Below, one piece after another: positions 54,907 to 64,000 of a DNA stretch of 64,000 nt. This stretch comes from Lingula anatina (Eukaryota; Animalia; Brachiopoda). The position numbers and the translations under genes are program-made. Each line of letters starts with the position of its first letter. The first letter of the stretch is position 1. The notes beneath the pieces are model-generated. The model saw only the letters and a list, made by a program, of their open reading frames with translations. It had not been told where the DNA came from and ran no database searches. The stretch lies in assembly GCA_051362555.1 (NCBI GenBank), contig CM120644.1, positions 10,686,567 to 10,750,566 of the forward strand. The letters are read 5' to 3'.

Positions 54907-57900
54907 CTACTCCACCAAAGGGCCGTACACTATATTATTATATATGTTATTTGGGGTGTTTACTGTATAGAACTTCTGCACAGCATACAAAAAGTCGTAC
55001 TCGTCCAGAAGCCCGTTCTGGTCACGATCGAGTAGCTGAAATGCGCCGCGTGCAGCCCTGATCAGACGAAACTGAGGTATCTGAGGGTGCTGGCATTTCA
55101 TCCATTGTTCGTAATCGTAGAGAGAGACTCCTTCTCGGCCGTCAAACTCCATAAAGGTGTGGACCTCGGCGTACATGGCAAACAGAAGGCGGTAGGCTCT
55201 TTCCTGAAAACAATGGAAATATACCGATCAGTTCTACGTGAGAACAAAATTGTTTGTGAAATTTATTCAGGAAACAGATGATTCGAGTTCAATAAAACAT
55301 CTACATCATGTACTTAGAAAGAATTACGACAGTGACAAGCATTGGTAAATTCGTAATGTTGTGCGACAACTGGAATTTTATTTAAAAGAAGACAACCAGA
55401 AAATATTCGTGTATAATTAACATCAGCTATTATCCGTTGCTTCACCGCATTCGCTAATCTGCCCCTATTTCTAAACGCCTCCCCTCCAATTCCCGCAAAA
55501 TCTCACTTGAGTTCACGATGCGTTGAGAGATTTTCTGACTATCTCGGGCGATTTTTGTTACGTGTACTCATCATAACCCTTTGTGACGCGGGATGCTCAA
55601 ATATAGGATCACAAAGCAGACAGTGGGTGCGGTAAAATTATCTACTTTTGGTACTTTTTGTACATCTTGGACTCCGTAACTCGAAAGCATCGTGATTGCG
55701 AATAGCGAGTTCACCTTTTATGTCGAGGCTATTATATGGGGCGCGTAAATCCCGTGTTATGGAATAGAGAAGTTTGTGCTCGGTCGCAATTCGCGATGCT
55801 TTCGAGTTACGGAGCCCAGGACTGTTTCAGCGCGGTTTTGGCTCACACAGTGCTGAGGAAGGATAGTTTTGTCAACATCCATGGCTCGCTCTTTGAGTCG
55901 AAACACTTGGCACGTGAAGATCCGTTAATTACATAAACAACCTTGAATTATGATGTCCTATATTAATGGTAAATGCTCTGATTTGAGGTAATATATATCT
56001 GATATCGCGGTGATATTGCAATCATCTGATGGGGTAGGCTGACACCAAACATATAAAACCGACAGCTTGTGTGATGAGGGCAAACGATTGTATTGAATAG
56101 ATATCCTCCTCACGAATTTACAGGTACAGCAAGCCTTCTAATTAACTGACAATTTTTCAAAAAAAATTATTTTTATCCGGTGTTCTCAAATTTTGGTAAA
56201 ATGTGTTTTGGAATTTTCTATTATTATTTCCGGTCCTTATCAAATCTATATCTGAGCATATGCCAACAATAAGTTTAATTTTTTTTTTATTTTATATCCC
56301 TCGAGATAATATATGTGCATCTTGAAATCTTAACGGAACCAATCTTACCCCAAAGACAGATTTTAAAGATATGAGAAAAAGGCTACAATTGACAATGTAA
56401 AGAAATCACCTACATCTTTACGTCGGTTAGCAAAGACCTCGTACATGGCATCCACGAACGGAGCAAGCGTGATAGGTGGGCGTGGCCCTTCTCCGTCATA
56501 ACCCCCCGCGAAGTTCTGCTCCCACAGAAGATCTGTCATCTCGTGGCGGATTTGATTCTTTCTCTCCTCACTCATGTCAGGGTGGCATCGGATGATTTTC
56601 TCCGCAACGGCTTCGAAATCTGATCTGCTGATCACGCCATTCCCGTCGGTGTCCAGGCGTCGGAAAACGGTGCGAATTTTGCGGTTGAAGATCCGTCTTT
56701 CGCTGTCGCTACGGAGAAATGATATCGATTCCTAAAAAAAATGAGAGAGAAAATGGTTGATGCGGGTATTGGAATATGGTGCTACTTTGCTGACATAAAC
56801 CCAAACAAATTTATGTCATTTTATGTCAGATCGTTACTCCCCCCTCCCCGCCCCACCCCCACAAGCGACTGTTTTGTGTTGAATGTTTTGTTCTTAAACG
56901 AACAATTTAAAACCTTGTGGTTAACCTGCTTATTTTACGAAGTCTAGTCACTGTTTGAAACATTCACGGCACGGAATTATTCCAGACCATGACCTAGCGT
57001 ATGGACAGCTGTATAGGTCATTAATTGAATGAGCAACAGTCAGATACACAAATTTAAAAATAAAGAAAAAAGTTGCTAAAAATAAAGTCATTGAAAAGTG
57101 AATCATTCCAAAGCGCCTGTCAACATAACAAAATGCTGTTACATATTTAGGTCCGACTACAAAAGGATAAAATGACCCAAAAAGAGAGAAAAAAACACCT
57201 TTTTGTGCATCATAAATTTCGGTAGCTATTTCTATTTAGGATTAGATTTCATTTCACATTGTGAACCAAATAAATAAATAAATAAAAAGGTACCAAATGT
57301 AGTTCGTTATTCGAGAAACCCTGGAAGCGTGCGCTTGGGGATGTTTTGTCTCCCAAGAAGCTGCGGTTTTTCGTCAGATTGCAATCGTTTTTTCTCTGTC
57401 CGATCAAAATACGCATAAGAATAAAAAGAGTTCCGTTTCACCGTAGAATAATTTGTAATGTAACATTACCCTCCCTTTACTGAAAATGTACAAATGTTAA
57501 AGTGGAATTTAGTAGTGTGAAACTAACTGCTGCAAAAAGTTCACTTTGCGGTTTTGTTTATAGCAATATAAATTACTCGCTGAAATAGTTTTTTATTGAT
57601 ATGTAAGCAGCTTTTCACGATACTAAAACACATTTTAAATGATCTATGCTTGTTGTAACCGTTATTTGGGGTGAGAAATATGTGTTTTAATTGATAAAAA
57701 ATGTCACATTTTAAAGTTTTCAATTAAAAAAAACAAGCAAATAATTGTCGTCTGGTCATTTTTGTTACGTAATGGGCGGTTTAAAAATATATTTCAACAA
57801 AGTCGTAAATATGGGCATATAAATGATCGAAAATACCTTAAAATTTGCTTTTCACGGCTTCAGACAAAACATTCCTCAATAACATTTCGATCTAAGAAAT

Positions 57901-57991
57901 TGAGAAGACGTTTGTTACGAGGGAAAAATCTTACCTGCTGACTCAGTCCAATCACCACAAAAAAGAGTACTGCTATCAAGTTCTTCATCAT
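54907..57991 (-). CDS. EF-hand protein of the sarcoplasmic calcium-binding protein / coelenterazine-binding protein family, with N-terminal signal peptide (223 aa)
   Basis: Exons 57991-57935 (MMKNLIAVLFFVVIGLSQQ), 56731-56414, 55203-54907, all phase 0. RKIRTVFRRLDTDGNGVISRSDFE (EF1), degenerate EF2 and EF3, AFQLLDRDQNGLLDEYDF (EF4), C-terminus NNIVYGPLVE typical of the SCP family. Minus-strand TATAAG at ~58140-58135. Confidence 0.85.
55666..55820. mobile_element. MITE-like inverted repeat in intron of the EF-hand gene
   Basis: cttggactccgtaactcgaaagcatcgtgattgcga vs tcgcaattcgcgatgctttcgagttacggagcccagg; no clear TSD. Confidence 0.7.
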
Positions 57992-58994
57992 CTTTGGTCG
58001 ACTTGAATTTGTAGATTTTCGATGAAATAAAGCTAGAAAATCTTAATCTTGTCCAGTATCTTCACTTGAGTTTTCTCTTTCTGGCTCTTTCTCGAAGTGG
58101 CGTGAAAGTGTGCTTGAGGCTGCATCGGCTGCGGCTTATATTGGTTTTGGAGCGCTCCCTGTCGAGTTGCCACGCCTCAAGGAAGACAAGTCAAGAGCAC
58201 TTGGGACCCTCGAAAAGTACATGGTAGTTTCGGAAATACTTATGTTACACGGTGAAACCTGGTTTACAACGGAAGTGCACTATTTGACATGTTTCATGAA
58301 TGGAAGCTTTTTAATTTACACACACGTGTTGCTGAGATCTGTGGTAACAGAGTACCAGGGTAATCTTCAACAGGAGAGTAAAGTCTAAAACAAGTCTTAG
58401 TGAAGACTGCTAAGAAATTTTGGAAACGTGTATTTGCTTTTACCCTAATAGATTAGATAAAGCTGATCATTTATTATCAGTCCCCTTTTTGTATTTGTTT
58501 ATATTTCTTAATCATACTATTAAACTTTGCCATTTTTTTTTCATTTTTGTGAGGATCAATTTTAATATGATAAAATGAAAATTTATATGCATTTACATCA
58601 TACATACAATGTATAATTATAAGAATTTGATAACCGTGTAATTCGAGTATGTTTTCATTGCGGTTAGGAGTAGACATAAATTTCAGCTTGCAAACATTTT
58701 CAGCTTCTAACCAGCATTTCTTTTCACCTCATCTGAAGGAGCATTGCGTTCATTTAAGGTACTACAAATATTACATTTTTAATGTTTATCTATTTTTATA
58801 TATTAATTGGGCTACAATCGCTAGCATCATAGTGTTTTTCTTTCTTTTTTTCATCTTTGAACATGATTCGAACAATATATGCTGGGGAAGAAGAAAGATA
58901 AAATTCATATATGGCTATATAGTTATTCTCTCACTTAAATGTAAAGGGACAAAATAAATTTCAAGAATAAACGAATTAAGTGCTTCCTATCCGA

Positions 58995-59056
58995 AACACG
59001 TGGGTGAATCTTTAAAATGTGATTGGCTGATTCGAGAGATCACACTTCCGGAAGCA
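58995..59056. promoter_or_regulatory. Candidate housekeeping-type promoter (E-box, CCAAT, palindromic ETS site)
   Basis: CACGTG, GATTGGCTG and ACTTCCGGAAG clustered within ~60 bp; no associated CDS identified. Confidence 0.35.
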
Positions 59057-59932
59057 TTTGAGAAATGACGTTTTACAAAGCACAGGAGACTTATTTGCTC
59101 CGGAAATTTTGAAGTTTTTCGAAGAATACATCTGAGGCTTGAGCTTCAGTAACAAAGTGCTTTGCCATTATGTTATTAACTATAACTCATTTTTTGCTAT
59201 GTTGGAAGTGAGAGATTTCCACTGTTACTTACTTTCCACTGTAGTAGTGGGTGTACTTTTGCACTGAGGAGGATGGCGAAGGACGAATGTACTTTTAAAA
59301 GTTATGCTGGTTTTTCTGTTACAATTTATTTACCCTACCCATTTTGCACCTATCTTTTGCTTTAGTGCCCTTTGGTCAATCTGTTTGAAAAAAGGTATGA
59401 GAATGTGCTACACTGATCCATAGACTTGTCTTACAATGTAGTTCCTTTATATGTAATTTTCCTTGGTCATGCAAAATAATAACAGGGGCATACATGCACG
59501 TATCTACGGAAAACAAAGCCTTTGGCAAGTACTGAAATTATGTAAATGTCAATGTCTAAATGTCTGCCTCGCATTTTTAATTTACTTGACTGTAAATTCA
59601 CCTCCCCCCCCCCCCCCAAGAAAAAAAAATACAGGTCGATGCCGTTTATCTTTTGATTTAGAAATGAAGGCACTACATTAACATAAAAACTGCTGCAAGA
59701 TTTTCTAGAGTCAAGGGGACTCCCAGGGTTCGACGCCTATACATACATAAGACCTTAAAACAATTAACACAGATCTTCAGCCAATATTATCATTAAATCT
59801 TTGCAAATCTGCTATTAAGTTTTGCTCTTGCAGCGAAGAGAAACAACCAAAGGCATGTCCATAAACTAAAACAAAGGTAAGCGTTCCACTAAATTTTAAA
59901 GACGGACGGTCCATTTATCAGAGCGCTTGCTT

Positions 59933-59936
<4 letters not shown>

Positions 59937-59975
<39 letters not shown>
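59937..59975. repeat. (CT)n microsatellite
   Basis: Directly visible. Confidence 0.9.
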
Positions 59976-59979
<4 letters not shown>

Positions 59980-60601
59980 GGAAGTGAATACGGGTTTGTG
60001 TGTACTTTTGGAAGGACTACAAAGTTATACCAAGTGAACACTTCCCTCGGTTCGTGCTGAAGAGCCTGGGATTGGTTTGTACATGTATATATATATACAC
60101 ACACACAGGTGGGCTGGCACTTTGTGGGCAGTGATCGTGACTGAGCAGGTGCGTAGGAGGCAAAGCAAAGACCGAACCATTCAGAAGAATTATTACCACT
60201 GGAGTGCTCCCTCCCCTCCCCCTCGTCCTGCGCTTATTAATGATGCATGAATGCGCATTTTTATAGTAAGCAGACGGGTCGGGACAGGTGAACTGTTCCC
60301 TTATATTTTATCCGAAGTTAAAAAAATACTTAATACTGAAATAGGTGTTTAAATCAGTATAATTAATCTAATTTTTGTCCAAGATAGAGGTGCGGTAGTG
60401 AAATATGGCGCATTGTTTGTAAGATTTTAGGAATAGCTAATGTTTAGACGGATAGTTCTTTTTCAACTGGAACAATGGAAGTTACAACTAACAGTGAGAG
60501 AAAAGTTTATCGAGATCATCTGTAATGTATTTTCAATGATCAAATCTTTATATCGACTATAACATCACCGTGTATATTCAAACGCATTTTCAGATTGTTT
60601 T

Positions 60602-60768
60602 AAGGGGCGGATTTAGGCCGTCTTCTGGGTCTTCTGGAAGACGGTCAGATTTTTAAGTTAACATTGCCGGGTATCTAATTTTTTCTGTCGGAAGACGGTC
60701 AAAACGGAGGATGGAGCAACAAAGATAATTTGGAAGACTGTCAGAAAATATCTCTGGATCCGCCCCTG
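60602..60768. mobile_element. MITE, near-identical to 22918-23084
   Basis: aggggcggatttaggccgtcttctgggtcttc..aaaatatctctggatccgcccctg; flanks share GTTTT (imperfect TSD). Confidence 0.88.
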
Positions 60769-63700
60769 GTTTTCCTCATTTCTCGCCATTGTATTCCCTG
60801 TGAGAGCCTTTGACACTGAACAAATGTTCGGATGTGGATGAACATTTTTTTCCAGTGACTGGGTTTTTTATCTGTGTAGTGACTGTTACTGCAGCTTATA
60901 TTTCTAAATGAGTTTTAAGTTTTCTTTTTTCACCATCTTGATCAATACACGTTACCAAAAATAACCCCACCCCCGTGTGTTCTCGACTATAAATAATTGA
61001 ATACATACAGTGTATTCAAAATATGTTTAAATAAATGAAGCCGAAATGTTTGAACTCTGACATGTCACACGACAGAAACACCAAAACTGGGTACATTTAT
61101 TGTACAGTTTATGTACAGAACTAAGTTCTCGCCTTCCGCCTTTGAGCAAACCGGTTGTTATGTATCCATACGCAGTTACAGTATTTCTGACTTAAATGCA
61201 CTCTGCAACTCTAAACGTCCTGCTGGGATTCCATGTTCGGGAATACGTGACCCAACCGGTCGTGTGTACACTGTACGTGTAGGGGCTTACGTGACAATAA
61301 GTGTAAATGAAAGGGTTAACGTGTACTTTAACGTCTCTGAGGCGCACTGTACTTCAACTTTGCATCTGTCAAAGAAAAAGGTGAGAAGTGATTTACTGAT
61401 CTGTAACTTGGTCAAAAATGAAATATTTTGGTTATATCAAAGCACAGGTGGGCTTCAAGCTCTTTTTGACTTAAAATCATAACATCCATAATTAACCGCT
61501 TCTTTGTACGTTACAGCTTAAAGTGGCCATTTGTGAAATTTAAGTGGAAAACAAACAGAGGGAAGCCATAATTTTTATTTTACCTCTCCTCCAATAGTTC
61601 GGTGCTGATTCTGACCGCCTTTCTCAGAACAGGTTCATTCCCTGATGATGATCCTCTAGATCGTCACCGAACATTGGAGGTATACTGCATTTTCAATATA
61701 AGCTGTTCAAAAAATACTTCTTTGTCTTGACAAATTGCTACCACACAGCGCTCATCGTTCAACCATGTGGTCCAAAACTGAATAAAGTTATTCTTCCATT
61801 CATCCATACTGAACACATGACAGAAGGAGACATTCACAGTTTAAATTTCAATATTGAACTGTCTTTCGTTTTTTATACCCCATGTCACCTTCGATAACCT
61901 TGGGGATTTCACGGGATATGGAAAAGAGTGGGATTAGAAATAATGGTAAACCATCGAGTCCACATCGGGGGCAAACCATAAAAGCTGAAAGGGTTTATCC
62001 ACGGATATTTATTGCTTTTTCATCATGTTTCGCGTGTTGCCTTTACAGTAAAAGTGAGCCTCAACGCGCACTGATTTTTGCACGCAGTTTAAGGCCGGAT
62101 GATTCCCACTCTAACACCGAAAGCAGTGATATAAATAAAGGTTACCTTCAATAAAAGAAAATCAATGAAAATCAAAAGAAAAATGAAAAGAAGAAATGAT
62201 GCGAACGACACTTATGAAGATTGTAAAGTCGCATGTCTTTAAGTAAAATATGAGGTACCTAACTTTGTGGTTAGCAATACAATGTTTTTTTAAGCTCCGT
62301 CTTATTTACTGGCCGTTCATGTTCAACCAAGGTCGCAGGTACTTTTATATTACCGCCCTAGTAGCAACATGACTTACCGTATTTCACGCATTTATCATTT
62401 ATACCACTACTACTACTACTACTGTGTACGAAATTTAGGCAAAGCTATTTTTCATTTGTCGGCGAATTTAATGAAAGTCCAACTGATCATGTAATTGTTT
62501 AAAAGCATTTTGTCTCTTCAGCTGTCTCACCATTAATGCTGTTAAAACTGCTGTTTAAAGACCTTTGCGAACCAGTTTCCGGGCAGAGAGAAGGTCAAAC
62601 CAATTTGTGGTTAAATTTGACCATTGAACAATCGGGCAGACCGTTGTTTTAATTTAGTGTCGTTTGTACTATTTATGTTCAAAGCCTTATCGATCTAGCC
62701 ATTGGACAGAGAAACACAGTTGGAGCCTGCGGTGGGTTTGGAGTAATTGTAAATTACCGCCGTCTAGGGCATTGGCATTTTTTTTTTTTTTTTTTTTTTT
62801 TTTACATTTTGAGAATGTGAGCATTTCAAGGTTTGACCCATTCCGGATGTACTATTGTCCTTACAGCAGTATGGACCCTAACCATATGAAGACTCATTTG
62901 AGGGACGGAAAATGTTGCACCCAAAATTGGCAACTCCAAGAAAAACAATAATACATGTAACAACAGAATGTTGTTTTTCAAATTTTAGAAACCCATAAAA
63001 TTAAATGACCTCAAATAGCAAACACATTTAATATTTGAGCTACTAGTACAAGTTTATGGCACAGGAGAAGGGTAAAATGAAACTCTTTTAGCTTGAAATG
63101 TGAGCTCCCGCCTGTATATTCATTGACGGTGGACTGACAACAACGAAGTCTAGAACTTACTTTATATAATAAGAGGTACGTTTAAAACCAAATCGTTACC
63201 ATTGTTTTCCAAAACCCATACATTAAAAAACACGGAAGTGCAACAAGAATAATTCCCCGGATTGCTTTTGCGTGGTTAAAATTGGAGTCATGCTGAAAAA
63301 GAAAAACAGCAGCCAATTTATATAAATATTTACTTGAAATACATTCAGAAGACATTTGCTATTTTAAGACTAATGGCCAAGAGCTACAACAAAATAAAAA
63401 CAAGATGAAAAAGTGATATTAGTGTTTTATTTGATTTGATTTTATTCTCATTAAATTTACCTGCGTCAGCATATCTGGGTATCCCTTGATTTCCGGTTCG
63501 GCTCATGTCTTAATTACGACGGCGCCATTAACAAGATAAACCGAAAAAAAACAAGGAAAAGAAGACAGTGTAGGCCTTCCATGCAAAAAAATAGCCTGTT
63601 GACACGAACTTTAGTTCAAAAAAGAAGGAAAAAATAGTGCCTCTCACCCCGTCCCATTGGGATTCACATTAGCCGATGATTGATTTCATTCTATTTGAAA

Positions 63701-64000
63701 CAAGGTGGGCTGAAATGTAGTCTAAGGCTCCTAGATCACCCCTTGATAAGCTGTTAATCCATTTAACAATCAGAAGTTGTTCTTAATGAACCGTGGTGAT
63801 TTTGGACGTTAACTACGGAAAGACGCGTGACGCTACACATTACGCCATTGGTGAGGATGAATCAACTTAACAACCAACTGGGAAACGCTGTTTTAATCAC
63901 CAAAACGAGACTGCATTACCCGCCAACACCGTCTCCTAAATAACACCTACCGCACTCGGTGTTTAATTTCGCAGTTGGACGTTCCTTTAAATTTCTCTTT

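Noticed and set aside
54907-56731. Calcium-activated photoprotein (aequorin-like) call
   Set aside because: The fold family is shared, but EF3 is degenerate and I cannot verify the His/Trp/Tyr catalytic residues; the C-terminus is SCP-like.
61111-61482. 123-aa ATG ORF with a possible donor at 61381
   Set aside because: No recognisable domain and no partner exon found; cannot be supported as coding.
61584-61807. Selenoprotein reading of the in-frame TGA on the minus strand
   Set aside because: No redox motif around the TGA, no SECIS identified, no resemblance to known selenoprotein families.

Overview
AT-rich, intron-containing animal genomic DNA. It is probably a marine lophotrochozoan-type invertebrate; this is inferred from the GRL101-like receptor, the SCP-like gene and HINE elements, and is not proven. 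Most short ORFs in the supplied track are spurious, so genes were rebuilt by hand from GT-AG boundaries. Left to right: (1) three tandem paralogs encoding small secreted Tyr/Gly/Arg-rich proteins with a 4-Cys chitin-binding-like C-terminal domain; (2) a 9-exon METTL18 containing a U12 minor-spliceosome intron; (3) a VOPP1/WBP1-like membrane gene on the minus strand; (4) four tandem secreted 6-Cys lipocalin-like genes, one frameshifted, with a nearly intronless ~1886-aa CUB/C-type lectin/LDLa/LRR/7TM (GRL101-like) receptor sitting in the middle of the array; (5) a signal-peptide-bearing SCP/coelenterazine-binding-protein-like EF-hand gene on the minus strand. Introns carry nested transposons: a CACTA/EnSpm-like element holding a decayed Gypsy gag-protease and a MITE, a Helentron-type HINE with tandem arrays, and several MITEs with 6-bp target-site duplications.
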